Origin: Heptranchias perlo
Taxonomy: Eukaryota
Assembly: GCF_035084215.1 (NCBI RefSeq)
Contig: NC_090339.1
Coordinates: 31,930,001-31,994,000 of the forward strand
Length of the DNA: 64,000 nt
Direction of reading: 5' to 3'
Below are positions 12,601 to 27,200 of the stretch, one piece after another. The notes beneath the pieces were generated by a model. That model saw only the letters and a program-made list of their open reading frames with translations. It had not been told where the DNA came from and made no database searches. Positions within the stretch are counted from its first letter, which is position 1; each line of letters opens with the position of its first letter. Both the position numbers and the translations under genes were made by a program.

Positions 12601-14659
12601 ATTTACAATAAGGAAGCTCAGCACCATATGTCTACGTAAAAAAATAAAAACAGAAAATGTTGGAAACACATATGTACAACAGGTCCGTCAAGGGAAAAGA
12701 CAGATGAATGTTTCAGGTGTAGACCCGCGCTAATTTTTTTTAAAAGTCAATATTACAGAACTGCTCAAGGAGAAATGGGTCTGCCACATCTCACAGTCCC
12801 CGAGCTAGAGAATCTGTGGTGCATTGCAGCAACAGACAAACAGTGCTGCATACATAGTTGTTTGAAAGTCTTAGTTTGTGGCTTCATTTCTGGCCACGGG
12901 ACCTACCTTGATGGGAGATGCATCTGTACAGGCAAAAAATCGAAAAGGTGAGGATTGGAGGCACTAGTGATAGAGAGGAATTTGGGTATCTATGAAGAGG
13001 CCAGTGGAGTGTTGGTTCTGAAGCATATTAATAAGTTGAGAGGAGGGGACTTGAAGGAAGAGGACATAAAGAGCTGGTAAAAATATAAACTATGAATGCT
13101 GAAAATCTAAACTAAAAATAGAAAATGCTGGAATTGCATCATAGGCCAAATAGCACGAAAGGTGAATCAAAAAGTGAGGGTTGGAGTGAAATGCATATGG
13201 GAGGAGAATCAGCATAGGCAGGAAGGAAGAATAATGATGAGTTGACACCATTGTCTAATTTTTTTCTAAAGAAAGAAATCCAGGGGCCTAAATGCCGCGT
13301 GTTATCTGATACCCCATTATAGTACAGGGTTGTTTCCAATGACCATAGTACTATGTTAAATCTATCTGATGAACTCAATGGAAAATGATGCTGATGACAT
13401 TTGGTGTCAAATCTAGCATTCTGGCTGCAGGTGGGCTGACCTCATAGCCTACCGATACAGACCAGCAATGTGCTTTTGGTATTACTGACTTGTACAGACC
13501 TTCCCTGAACATCAGAGATTTTGCACTAACTTGCATACACAATTTTTCTGTTGTTGTTGGATCAGTCTCCGCAGTATAAACAGTATAAATAGCACCAATA
13601 GAACTAGCACAATTACGGCAATACTTCAAATGGAAGCAGGTACAACTTGTTCACATTGAACCATCTATGGGATCCCATACCTTACAATCCACCCAGAAGG
13701 ATTCCAGATTTCCCTGTATTACCTGTATGGAAAGAAGAACTTGCATTTATATAGTGCCTTTTGCATCTTCAGGATGTGACTAAGCGCTTTACAATCAATT
13801 ACTTTTGAGCAGTACATTTGGTAGCCTTGCCTGTCAAATTGGGAGTTGGGAGCAACACAGGTGATCTCACATCTGCCTGAATAGATTGATTGACTGGTAA
13901 AGTATACCCATGCTTTTTAAATGTATTACGCACTCTAAAAAGTGTTCTGCTATAGGATTTAATGAGGTGGTGTCACCATGAAAAATTGAATGTTGATTTT
14001 GTTTCTCTGGAGAGAATGAAGAACCATAAGATCTGTATGTCATTCTTATCACAAAGACATTACAAGCAAGTATGTGATAATATGTTTCAATGAGATTTAA
14101 ATTTTGCATTGTGTAGTTGTTCCTTTAAATGCAATCGACATAAAGGCTTTCCAAACACTTTTTTGTGAAGATGCTACCCCTTATAAAAATCATCAGTGAC
14201 CTTTGAAATTAGTATCTAGCACCTATGGCAATAAATTTATTAATAATTTATTTTCTAAAGACATATGGCTTAATTTCCTTCCAGTTTTTTCATATTATTA
14301 GTTCTTCCCAGACCAGAGACCTCCAGCAACAAAGAGGGCTGCCTGTTCTTAGATTACAGCCAATGCTGCTCTTGACTGTCCAGCAGGCAGCACAGGAGAG
14401 TGTCCTGGAGAAGACTCCCCATTTGATTTTCCTTCCCATCATCGTAGCAATACACTTGGGTCCTGCTCACTGTCCTTCCCCCGCCCCCCAGCAGTGTGGC
14501 TGAAAGCAGGAACACAGCAGAGTGGGGAGTAAAACATGAGCAGCTTTTTATGATGGTATTTACTCTGTCAAGTGACTCAATGCATGTACTGCTTCAATCC
14601 CTGGCCTGTGCCGATTTCAGAAAAGAAAGCAGTGACAGCACATCAATTTTCTTAAGTCT

Positions 14660-14930
14660 CTACAGACTAGGGAGGGGTGGGGGGGCGGGGGGGAAATCAG
14701 TCATGATTTCTATTCCTGATCCCTATACTGTGACCCCTGCTGTAAAAGTTCTCATGTGACAACATCTGTTTGAACAGGATTGGGCTAAGCTGTGCTACCC
14801 TTCACTATCAATAATTTTGCTGACACTGTCCAGGTTAACACATGAAAAATTGCCATTTGGGTGAGGTACTGGAGGCCTGTGCTCATGAAACTTCACCCTA
14901 GGATGAGTCAGTACTTTCAAGAGATCAGGG
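14660..14930 (+). mobile_element. Ancient dispersed SINE-like repeat; other copies near 557-730(+), 15290-15620(-), 18780-19130(-), 20700-20930(+), 23370-23660(+), 37880-38190(+), 52800-53130(+)
   Basis: Shared motifs gctgagtt-gctgatctcag, aaaatcagc, caggattgggct-gctgtg and ttgggtgaggtactggagg recur in the copies; family not named. Confidence 0.6.
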
Positions 14931-16384
14931 AAGAAAGTTGTAGAAAAAATAATGTAAACACCAGCATTGAAGAGCTTTTTATTTTATTTTGAATGCTGCT
15001 TATTTGTAAATGTTGCTAAAGCATAGAAAATATATGAAGAATTTAGTGTCCACTTTTGACCTTTTTCTGAAATAGATCACAGTTTATTTTAATATCCCCA
15101 TAGAGTTAGATCATAAACTGAAATCGCACTGAGGCAGTGGCAGTCAGTATAAGCCACAGGAACTGAGTCATCAATAATTTGGTTTGAATTCTTCAAATAT
15201 TATACACAGACCCAAGTAGAGTTACTTCCTCATAGCAGAGAATGGAGGTCAGATAGTTCTGTTTGTCTTTATCAATCTTCACACCCTTTTCTCCCCTTCT
15301 CTCCTGAAGGTGCTGACTCTTGATAGGGTATAGTTTGTTAGTTGCTAGCCCTCCAGTGACTATGTTTCACACATAAGTTTAGTCAATGAGTGGTGACTGG
15401 CTATTTGGCCATGTAGAATTTCATTGCTGAGCCCAATCTTGTCCTCACCTGACATTATACATGCACACTTTCCAAATACGGTCACCAAATAGTTGTCAGG
15501 AGCAAGAGTCCTGGCTGATTTTTCCCTCCCTTTCTAAGTGTGCTGAGGTTAATTAGAACATGGCAATGGCTACTCGAGCTGAGGGCAATTGATTCAGCAC
15601 AGAACAAACATCAGACCAAACTGCAAGTCTGGCATTTAAAGCTTAGTACCACTTCATGCCATTGACGCTGTTTATGCAAACAAGTCCCATTGCTGCTAGA
15701 AAATACAATTTGCAATTATGTTTTTTGGGCGCAAAAACATACTTGGGCTTTACCAGATTTGTGTAATGCATGTTTTGTCTGAAATAGTGGATAATACTGA
15801 ATGGCATGGTAATGTGGAGTTCGGACAGGCCATGTAAAGGAAAGGTAGGTTCAGGATCCTTCTTTGTGATCCTCCAAAAAGTGAGTTCCTAAATGGACAG
15901 AGTGCTTCCTAAGATGGTGGAAGAGCCATTCTTATGTGGTTTCCATTAATGAGACTTGACAATTTCATGCACTATGGATCCATATCACCAGGGACTGGGT
16001 TGGGACTAAGCAAGCACTTAGACTGTTTGTTATGGTTCAGACTTTCTCACAATGCTTTTAACTTGTATTCACAGCAAAAAGGCGGTTTCCATAAGCAGAC
16101 CGATTCTCCTATGAGCCAAAAGCTGCAGCCTATGTATACCGTCAGTGGGAAAGCAGCCGATGGGGTGAACAATTTTCTTTTACCTATGCTCACCATGCTT
16201 TCCTGTCTAGTTCAAAAGATGGCAAATATCACACTGTTAGACCATTGTTTCAGGCTAAAACCAATCATCAGGTTTATTTACAAAATAATAACACAGAAGC
16301 AGAAAAACACAGCAAGAAACTAAGAGAACAATACTTGAATTATACAACATATAAACTGTTTCAAAATAAGAGACAATTGAAACT

Positions 16385-16725
16385 TGCATTTACATAACAC
16401 ATCCCAAAGCATTACAAAAGTAACAATAACTTACTTCTGAAGCACTGTCACTGTTATGTTGGCAAATATTTGGGCACAATAATGTTCCACTTAATCTGTT
16501 TTTGATGATGTTAGTTGAGAGAGTAATGTTGCCCAGGACCCTGGGAGAATGCCTGCTCCTCTTCACATATGAGTTTGAACTACCACAGGAATTAATTTTA
16601 GCAATGCATCCAAAAGACAGTACCTTTAACAACGCAGTCTAGATTATGTACTCAAGTCCTTGAGTGGGACTTGAACTTACAACCTACTGACTCAGATGGG
16701 AATGCTACTAACTGAGCCAAGCTGA
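16385..16725 (-). mobile_element. tRNA-headed SINE with L2-type tail (SacSINE1/DeuSINE-like)
   Basis: Reverse strand begins tggctcagttagtagcattccc...gttcaagtcccactc (A/B boxes) and ends in an L2-like tail; related pieces at 50040-50230 and 63830-64000. Confidence 0.7.
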
Positions 16726-16949
16726 TACTTTTCTTTTTATTAACTTTCAATGGAGTCTCTGATGAACATTATGCTAGACATTTACCTCATACAAAACCTG
16801 TTACTTCCTCGTGGTTGAGGAAGTGCAAAACAAGGAACTGGGGTCCATATGGTTGCACCCCAATTATCATTCCTTTGATGTTAAAAGACATTCATTTGAT
16901 TATCAAACAAATTCTCTTCAATTATCAGGCAACCAATACTTATGCAGAA

Positions 16950-17427
16950 AAAGGTGAAAACAGGCAGGAAGGGCCGGAGTCATGAGGTGAGTACCTTTAT
17001 TGCACTACTTGTGGGCCAGAAGGAGCAGGAGTGTTTCATCCAGGCCCAACAAGCTCACCTGGCCAACAGGACCCCCGTGATCGACCGACACAACCCCCCC
17101 CCCACCCACCACAATGCTGGACCCCCCCTGTCGCGCTGGTTGATCCTCTATCCCCCCATCTCCATTGCTGGTTGACCCCGCCCCCCCCCCCCCCCCCCCC
17201 GCCATGATGTCGTCCGCGTCATCTCCCCTCTCTGATTTGTAGCTCCTTTCACTGCCGACAGGCAGCCAGCCTGTCAATCTGGAGTGTGGGAAACCCGTAA
17301 GCTCAAATACTTACCTTAAATTGAGTTGCGATCACAGATTGCAATGCATTCAATTCACTTCCGGGTTCCCCACGTGAATATCTGCGGACTTGTGGGGTAC
17401 CCAACTCCGAGTAAAAGTCATCCCCCT
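16950..17427. mobile_element. Degenerate non-autonomous DNA transposon, probably Harbinger-related
   Basis: GC-rich block with cacttccgggttcccc (also in the elements at 59532 and 63370) and a TIR-like end gtaaaagtcatcccc. Confidence 0.45.
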
Positions 17428-17584
17428 GGTTATTTTTAGAACAAAGCTTCCTTGATAGTGCAGCTGATTGAAGTAATGAATTTCATGTGCTTTCCCAATG
17501 TGTACACTTGCACACATTGACACTAACTGAAAACCCCGTCAGACCCTGCGCTAAAATTTGAGCCATTTCTTGGAAATTCCCTTC

Positions 17585-17880
17585 CTACCATTCCATCCTA
17601 CATGGAAAGTTACCTGCGTCCATTCCTGTTTCACATTTTCCATTTCCTTGCCTGGGTGCACAGGCTGGAGGTCCTTCTCATGGATCTGCTCCTGAGCTTG
17701 ACTAAATCAGCCATACACAAATGGGTAGTGTCTTCCCAACTGCTTGCACATTTTTGGAGCTATAGTAAATGTCCGGGTCACGATGCAGTGATCATTGGGT
17801 CACTACAAGTTTTCTGCAACTAGAGGGTACTGCAGGCAGTTGAGTGCATGGTTAATCCAAATTTAGGAATTGTTATTTGA
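17585..17880 (+). mobile_element. Old Tx1 LINE 3' fragment
   Basis: DLLLSLTKSAIH and gtactgcaggcagttgagtgcat resemble the 6950-9070 copies. Confidence 0.55.
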
Positions 17881-20800
17881 ATTATCATAGAATCATACAG
17901 CATAGAAGGAGGCCAATCGGACCATCGTGCCTGTGCTGGCTCTTTGAAAGAGCTATCCAATTAGTCCCACTCCCCTGCTCTTTCCCCATAGCCCTGCAAA
18001 AATTTCCTTTTCCAGTATTTAGTCTATTCCCCATTATTTGTTTTAGTTTGGACAGACTGCCCATTTCATTTTATTAGTGAAGCTCTTCTTGTGGGCTGGG
18101 GGAGCGCTTGTACTTGTTCTGGTGAGTTGGGCTTTGGCCAAAGCCACCCAACATAAGTCTGAATAAAACAGGACATGTACCAGTAATTGATACCATTCCT
18201 ACATCTGATTGGCATGATTTGAAATCTACAATTAAAATACCTGATTTCTTTTAAAGGGCCAATAATTTTATTAGCACCGAGAACCAAACATCTGTATTCG
18301 AGGCAATCTATAGATCAAAGAACCTACCTTTGGCTTGCAGTCAGCTTTCTCTAAACTCTATGTTTAATAGAAAAATTCAGACTCCATCTTAATTGTAGCT
18401 ATTTGTAAAACGCATCATATAAAAAAATCTGTCACATAAAAAATCATCAGATGCTTACATGTAAAGAGAGAGGAGACTATCATCATTCTGTGCTGGATTC
18501 AAATCCAGTACACAGATGTTGTAATCAACTACACCACCCACTCCCCTACGTGAACTGTTTGAGAGCTGCCAGCCACCGCACCAGAAACCTTGTCCAAACA
18601 GCTACAAGAATTATGTTTAACACATTTACAATGTTTTTTTAAACCCTTTCAGTAGCCAAGGAGGCTTTCATCACAGCTGTTTTAGTTTAGTGATGAGTAC
18701 TGAGAAAATTAATTGAGAAAACTCTAGGAAAACAACCTAAAAGACAGTATAAAATAAAAGTCCTTCAATCTTTTTTTTATTGTGGCTACCCATCCTCTCA
18801 TGCAGAGTATACTTCTGTAGGGCTGGTAGCCTTTCAGTACCTCATTTTTCACTTCTAACTGGACAGTGAATATTTGCAGGTTAATCAATGGCAAAGCCCA
18901 TCACAGCCAAGCCTGATCCTGTCCTCATCCAATGTCCATGCTTATGTTTTCCTTAAGGGAGTATGAATATAGGACATGGACCCCTAGCTGGTTTTTCATT
19001 CCCTAACTTGCGGACATTGAAGCCCCTGGCTGAGATCAGCTAATTCAAACTCACAGAGCAGTGATCAAACCTGAAATCATCCTGATCTGTATAGCTCAGT
19101 AACACACCATCTGGTATATTCACCTACTGAGCTTGGGAGGGTGTGGGGTGGGGGGGAGTGGCAAAGATGATCCTTAAAAGAACTATGTTATTCTTAGTAG
19201 TGGGTCTAGTGCCTCTCCAACCCAGTTGTTCCTTGCTCCTTTCAGTTGGTAGCACAGTCTGTTGGATAACTGGTACCTGAGTTCACCTGGGGTATTATAA
19301 TTCTGCTTCCACAATTATCTACGTAGCAAATTTTTCAAACTCAGCTATGCCATCGGGCAGGGATGTGAAATTGAAAGACAAGTCACACCTCCTCACACCA
19401 GATTGCAGAGGTCAGAGATCATTGTTCTTACCTACTACTTCCACTGGGTACAGTGGGGCAGGGAAACCAATAAAGGAAAAAATTCCAATATATGTATTTT
19501 TACAGCCTGATTTGAATTAGATCATCATAATAAATGTTAACTTTCAGTGCTGTGCTCTGAGGGCTCAATTGCTTTCAATATACCCTGTCAGCAATCCCAA
19601 CCTACCAAACTTTTTGGTGTTGGTATCAAAGTCTTGTTTAATGAACTGAATCTAACATTCACTCTGCACTTTATTCACACACACTATTGTTCAAAATGCA
19701 ATAAAGGGAAAAAACACCCACTTGTTCCAATTCTGGAAGATAATGCTGCAGAGAAAAGGTGAGAGTTATAATCCTATATTACCCACACATGCACATCCCT
19801 CCAAACCAAAATTGCTGATGACAGGAACATATTCGGGAGATACTCAAGGCTTGTTTATGACTCATTTTTCTTGTATTTAGTAAACTTTCCACTTCTTCTT
19901 TACAAACTCCTTGAACAGATGGAGATCTGGATGATGAGGTAATTATATGTGACAAATTCCTATTACATGCTTGTGCTGTGTTTTGATTATAATGTTCATT
20001 CTGGGAAGATTTGGAAGTATATTTAATCCAAGTTTTGCTGACCTAGGTTTTTGGTCAAATCATAGGATATTGTAGTTTTACATGACTTGGCACAGTAGTG
20101 AAATCCAGGGTCACTAGGTTATGGTCCATAGTGGAACAAATAAATTTGCTCTGCAGGGTGGTTTTTGCACTGGTGCTGGAGTGCACACTTCATTTCTATC
20201 AGGAGTACATGTTTTAAGGATTCCATTCAGCTAAAGAAGTGTCTGTCTGAGATCTGTTACTGTTCCCCACTACAATTATGTTAAGGTGGCATATTGGGTT
20301 GCCATCTTCTACCAGGCCCAAAATTAAACTTGGGGCAGAATAGAAGTAGGGTAAGGCGGGGATGGGAGGGGGGCGGGGCTGTAATTTGAATTTTGATGTT
20401 TATTTTTATGATGATGCAAATTTATTGAAACTCCCAGTAACTTTAAAAATGAATTCCTTCAAATCAAAAGACGCAGAAGTAAATGGAACAAATGGCTTCT
20501 AGTTTAAAAACAAAACTTTTTGATGCCCAGTTTTCATTTTAGAAATTTCCAGACATAGTCTGGTTTCTGAGCGCTATCAGACCTATAATTGGATGGTGGA
20601 AACCATACTTGCATCAATCGACGAGCTCCTTAAACATAATGGAATGCACCATTCAACAACAGAAAGATCTTTTTTTCTGCATGCTTCAGCAAATTAATGC
20701 ACAAGATGGTGCAGTACTGACCCATACCGATAAGGAAGATCTCCAGTTTGATCATGATCTGCTGGTCAATGTCAGCCTGGGTGTGGGCACAGTTGGCCCA

Positions 20801-20949
20801 GGTCCCTGTGCTAGAGAGGGGGAAAAAAATTTAGTCTTGATCACTATCCATCGATCACTACTGGAAATGTGTGAAGGTCACATTGTGCTGGGCTGTTACA
20901 TCCTTCATGGTTAAATAGCCTGTCAATACTCAATGTCAGTGTTGCAGAA

Positions 20950-21335
20950 TGAAATATTTTTTCCTGTTTGTCATCTAGTGTCACCATGAAGCACTCCCAG
21001 GTGAGAGAAAGCATGGTCAGGTGGAAAATATGGCTCCACCAATGCCCCAACCTCATAAAAGCAATGGCAACTACATCTGTGCAAATTTTCTTTGTTTTCC
21101 ATTGCAGCCTTTATTATAGCATTGTGAGATTGGCAATGTTGTGACAATTTGTGTGGAATCATGGACAGTGTTATTTTATGGGGTTCACTAAGAACTGGGT
21201 TAACTACCACATCTAATCTATTGCACATAGGAGTCTTACAAAAAAAGGATACTTTCATCCCATAAGTTTGGTCCAGATTTAAACCTTGACTGTTGAAGTA
21301 TAAAGACTGCATGCTACCCCAATGCACCATCCATT
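20950..21335 (-). mobile_element. Ancient SINE resembling LF-SINE
   Basis: Reverse strand shows a tRNA-like head, cctatgtgcaatag..., acccagttcttagtg and gaggttggggcattggtggagc, similar from memory to the LF-SINE consensus. Confidence 0.4.
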
Positions 21336-21839
21336 TCCCCTTAATGCAGCATTTAACTCAACAGTGAAGTTGACCTTACTTAACTGAAGATGTCCTCTAA
21401 CAGAAATTAGACATTTTATAGTTCTGAATAACATGCATAATCCCCATGAGACACTGAGGTCCTTTCGGGGAATCTACAATAAAACAAAGGTAGTCCTGAA
21501 TGTGAAGCCAATTTCAAAGGATTTTATTAAGTGCCCTAATGATCTGAGAATGTACGAACAAGAAAAATTGACAGTCAGTTGGAGGTTAAAGGATTTCTCC
21601 TGAATTTCTGTGCTCATCTCAGTGAAAATAAAATAGTAAGCTGTTTTGACTGGATGTCATAGGCAATCCCACAAAGTGAAGGTGAGTGTGGAAATCATAC
21701 TATTGACTCCTGGGTGGACAAGTCTTCAATGCAGTATAATCACCTATATATATATGTTATGATTGTGTTCTTGTCCCTAAACCAAAACCACCAAAAACAG
21801 ATTAACTGGTTATTCACCACCTGAGAGGCAGCAGAATCA

Positions 21840-22900
21840 TGTGATTGCCTTCCTGCCATGGATCTGCATGGCCACTGATCAACAGGAAAGACCGAATGGC
21901 ATCAATCATTTCATTGAAATCCTGGGAGATGTTTGTCTGTATCCCAGTCTCAATAGCTGAAAGGCCAGAAGAGATAGCCCTGTCCCAGCTGGTGCCAAGA
22001 CCTCTATGGCAGTATTCTGAGCATCCAAGGAGGAAATAGCAGTTGCTGAGAGAGCCTCTATGATGGGGGCATCCACCGTGGATCTGCCTGGAGCTGCCAA
22101 ATGTTACAGGTTGTCCTGCAATGCTATGACGGCATCTATCGTGGTATAGCAGACACTGGCAGTCAACTCCTCCACTACCCTGCCATCTCCTACATATTCT
22201 GGGAGACCATCCCAGTGCCTGAACATAGATCTAATGCTCAGCAAGCACCCTTCTTTTAAAACCAGGACCTATGAGATTGGGATTTCTAGGCTCTTCAGTT
22301 GAACGCAGACATTTCCTGAGCCTCTGCTCATAAACGTCTGCCTCCTCAACTTCAACCCGACATACTCCTGTCCACTTGTGCCCTTGCATCATCCTGTGTG
22401 ATATCGTGTGGCTCACTCTCTAATATGCCCTGGGTGACTATCTCAGTGCTGGTATTTGCCAAGGAGAGAGCAGGTAGTGCTCTGCTAGTAGATACTGAAG
22501 GATAGGGATCTAACAGATCTTGGTCATCCTCCTCTGCTTCTTGTTACTGTGTGACATCTGGAGGAGGAGAAGAAGAGAGGTTAGCATTGGAAGTTACAAG
22601 CAGAATTAGAACAGTGCATTATTGAAGGTATGGCAGTCAATTCTTATCTTGCCTGATCTGATTAGGTCATTAAACTTCTTTCAACACAGAATGTTGATGG
22701 GGGAGGAGGGCATGGAGATGGCACTAACTGCTAAGACCACTTCTATCTACCACAGTTAAGTGGCCTGCTCTCTGCATTCCCTGCCACCCCCCACCCCAAG
22801 CAATTGTGTCCGTCCTCTCTTAGTTTCCTGCAGTAGGACCTCCATTACTGCTGGGTTCATACTGCCCATAGCTGCCCTTTTGCATTAACTTGGCTGCTTC
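21840..22900 (-). pseudogene. Decayed Harbinger Myb/SANT-like gene
   Basis: Reverse strand reads MEVLLQETKRGRTQLLG...KKFNDLIRSGK with stops/frameshifts, homologous to exon 1 of the intact gene (CRKRFNDLTRSGK). Confidence 0.65.
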
Positions 22901-24249
22901 CTTCAAGTCTAAGGTCTCCCTAAAGATGACTGGCACTTTAAGTGGTTTAAATTTTCCAGCAACACACAATTTCCAACCCTTGCCCACAAAGGTGAACTCC
23001 AAATTGCAGGCAGTAATGATGTTGCCAGTCTGCCTTGGAAATTAATTGGAGTCAGTGGTGGATGCACCAGGTGATCAAAGTCCCTTCCCACAAATCTAAA
23101 GCTAGCTTTCAAGTAGAGAGGAAAATTGAGACTCAGGGGTGGTTGGGGATGGCAGGGGTGTCCCAAATTATGTTAGAGTGGAAAGTGATGAGTATTCTAC
23201 AGCCTGCACACAAAGTGGACAAAACAACATTCATATATTTCAAGACAAAGCCTTGTACATATATTACAAAAAATAAAATTACCTGTGAGATAACAAAACA
23301 AAAAAAAAATCTCACATACTCTTCTGATAGCTCAGTTGATATGCACCGCCTCATGTGGAGTGGTACAACTTAGGAAGGCCCCAGATTTTATCCTTGGTCT
23401 ATGCTGAGTTAACTGATCTGAACTGGGTGACAGTTGCGGCAATATAATTGGTCTCAATACCATGGGCTAGGAAAGGGATAAATGATACTAGGTCCCACTC
23501 CTGTTCACTGGATAGTGCATGTGTGTGGATGTCAGGTGAGAATGGGATTGGGCTTGGCTGTATTGTCCTCTCGCTGTTGAATTGCCTGTTGACACTCGGC
23601 CCTATTTTGTGATGGTATGTTAAGCGTAAACATGGCTGATATTTGGGAAGGGTGTCAGCAGTCAAAATGTGGGACTTAGAGAGGATATGCCACCTTTAAA
23701 TTCAGCCTTAAATTCCGCTGGAAGTGAGTGATGGTGTAAATTAAGTCCACCCTAGCTGACGTGCAGCCATGCGAATGATGGGTTGAGACACTGATGACAC
23801 AAATTCTAAATTCCAACATTTATACCTAGGATCTGCTGATCTAACTTATGCCAGTATAAAACAGAGGTAACTTAGAACAGCAGCTGAAGAAGGCTGATGT
23901 TGGAATCTTAGAGGTGAATTGCTGTGTTCCATTGTGCTATTAGATAGATGCTCATAACTTTACTTTCAATTGGTCTTTTGTCAATTTTTAAAAATCTTTA
24001 TTTTGGAGGCTCGCACATTCAATGTAGGAGCCTTAGTTGGGTAATTTCCTTAAAATGAAGAGTATGGCAGCAAAATGTTTTCCCCATGGGGATTCCCATC
24101 CTTATCAATTATTGGGTGGAGGAGGAGGAATAGCTGGCAAAGCAAGAAGCCAGGCTTATAAGGAGCACTGCAGGAAATCCAGATCCTCCTGCAACTACCC
24201 ACCCACTGGGGTATATAGCCCCAGAGGATCATTATTTAATATATCCATG

Positions 24250-27200
24250 GAATTATGTGTCAGGAGCCCTGTGTTCTATGGAACTTGTGCAGAAGTTCCT
24301 GGAGCTGCCACTTAGTCCAGTATGCTCTGAACAGTAAAGGAGCCCCTCTGATAGTGTTTCAAAAGGATGGCATTGGACTCTGCCATCATCCCTGCCATCT
24401 GCCGCACATCTTCAGAGAGTCTTTGCAATGCCTTTATATGGTTCTGAAGTTCTCCAAGTATTTGTCTTTTTATGAGAGGACTCCTGAGATTATCGTCTGA
24501 ATTCTCAAAAGCCAGGGTGGTACATCTCTTAAGCCTCCACTCTGTTACATCATGCTCCATCTCCAAATCTCCAATCTGTCATCCTCTGGTTTCCTAGTGC
24601 ATTGTGAATCACCCCATGTCAATTATCCATATCACCCTGAGATAACCTATCTAGGCTGTGAGTGCAAGTGATAGGATTCATGACAGAGTGGGCCAATTCC
24701 TGCTGGCAGTGCCAGATGGTGAAAATTCCGGCGTTAGTTCCTTTTCACTCTGAAGCATTTTTCTTGCTTCCGACTTCGGTGGAGATAAGAAGAATGAAAA
24801 ATGAGAAGAGTTTCCTGAAGTCCACTTTTTGTTCCTGTTAGGTTCATGTAAGAGTCTCCTCAGAGTATGAGCCTCAAAACAGAAAAAAACATTTCTGATT
24901 TTTGACCATTAGCACTTAGTTAGCCAAAACCATCTGTGGATGCAGGACCTCCCACATCTCTATCCCATTCAGGATTTGCTTTGACTCCTCCTCCTGCTGT
25001 CCCTCCTCCTGTAACTTGTACCTTCTTGGGAATTGTGCACAATCTTCATTGGTGTTGTGGGAAAAGGGATACATTTCCTTACTTACATGAGGTCATTCGG
25101 CTGCTATATTTATACCAGCCACACAAACATGCACCCTTTTATTTACACTGGGATATCCTATATTGCACCTAATTTGTGATGCACTGGTGGAAGTTTATTC
25201 TTCCCTTTTCTCTCCTTCTTTCCTGCTAGACCATTAGACCATCGGAGGGCTGCAAGGAGTGGACGAAGATATCACTACTTTTCATGGCAGTGTCATTATA
25301 CTAGCATCAGTGCAGCCCCTTTCAAAGCCAACATAGGAGGGAACTTTTGATCTGCTCCCTGTACACATTGGCAAGTGAAATGACACTGGAAACAGATCCT
25401 TGGTTTCATTGAGATGAGTACATTTTTAGTCTTCAAGGGGTCCATCAGTACAGTCCCTGCTAAAACCCTCAACCTGCTGACATGGAGGTAATACTAAGTA
25501 GAAGTAAAAGGTTAGGATCATGCATTAAAAGAATTTTAGACACAAGGGGTAGTCACAGTGATGAGAAGTAGCAGCAGTAGTAGGGCACAATGAAGAAACA
25601 AGACGTTAGTAAACATGTGCATTTCTGGCAATTTGGATGTTGTATATCTTTTTCCAGAGAGGTCTTCTGTTAGCCCTCTTATATGGTGATTATTGTTTGC
25701 AACTGTCCCCTCCCAGGGAGGGTATTAGAGGTATTGCAGTTTAACTGAGTAGAGAGCAACTCAAGGGATCATGAAGGACTTTATTGTGTCATGCAGATAG
25801 AGGAAGAATTTGGTTGATGATCTCCTGCCTGATGTTACGTGTTGTTGGCAGTAGGGTTTCTGAGCCCACCTGTCCCCTCTCCTGGGATTCTTTGGCATGA
25901 GCAGGGGATTGATCTCCAGCACCTTCATCCCTCTCTTCACCTTCTGTGCTTGGAAGGCCCAATATCTTTGTAATGGCCAAATTATAAAGGGTGCAGCAAA
26001 CCACTACATTTCTGGGAATCCTTGCTGGATTATAGTGCAGTGCCCCTTCCGACCTTTTCAGGCCCCAGAAACAGGACTTGAGAATTTAAATGGTCTATTC
26101 CACATTGATAATGGTAGCACCCAAGACCTTGTTGAACATGTTTTCAACCTCTGTCCCTTGGATTCTGAAAAGATGTCATTAGGCAAGTCTGAATTGGATC
26201 TCTTACCAGTCACCCTGTCAAGTTTCTTTGGCTGAGCAGCGCTGGTATCCTGGATTGTCTGAGAATAAACAAGTAATGGCTACTGCATGCATAGCATGCA
26301 CTGAGATGCATAATGAAGTGGCTATGGCTACCGTCACTCACTATCTGGACATCCAGGGAGCGCAAACCCTTCAGGTTCATGAAGTTGATGGGGCTTTCAG
26401 ACAGGGCTTTCTGGCCACATGGGTGACATTAATGCCACCCTGCACTTGTAGGAGTCCAGCCGCTCAGCAGAAGTTGATGGCTGTCTCTCTCTCTCTCTCT
26501 CTCTGCTTTGCTGTGTCCATGTGGAACTGAATGAACTCAGAGACGTACCTGAACAAGGCATCTATAATGTATCCAATGCAGCAATAAACTGCTAACTAAC
26601 TGATGTGACGAATGTCACCAGAGGCTGCATGGAAAGACCTGGATGCACAAAAGTTAAGTGATGTCTCACCTTCACAGCCACTGACAAAGCAGTGTCCCTG
26701 GTGAGAAGAGGCTGCAAGTCAGGTTCGAACAGCTGGCACATTATCGTTACAGTGTCAAGGGGAAAATGCAGCCTACTCAGACAGAGCCTACAGGAAAAAT
26801 GGTCTGTAGATTCTGTGACGTGGATACTTGCGGGTGTTGCCTGCATGCATGATGCTGCACTCTCCTGGCTTCCATTCTTTCATGCTCCATGTCCTGGTCA
26901 TCCTCCTCCTTAAAACACAGGATCAATGGAATTTCACTATGCAGAGCTCCCTTTAAATTCTCAGCAAGTTTCACAAAGTACCTTTAAATGTTCAGAAGCT
27001 GCAGCTTCGAAGTAATGGCAATGACACCCAGCCAAAATAGTGTTGCAGAATCACACTCCTATGTGACCGTTAACCGTCCCAACCTCTTCTCACCTGTGGG
27101 GCACCAAAAATGGCTCAGCATCACCACCTTTACCGTAGTGATTCTCAAGAGGCATTAAATGTGCGGAAACACAGGTTAATCTCAGGGGCACTTGGTTATG

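Noticed and set aside
13230-13312. Possible C/D box snoRNA (ATGATGA...CTGA)
   Set aside because: No convincing terminal stem, no recognisable guide sequence and no host intron.
15934-16323. 129-aa ORF
   Set aside because: No recognisable motif or consistent splice context; likely chance.
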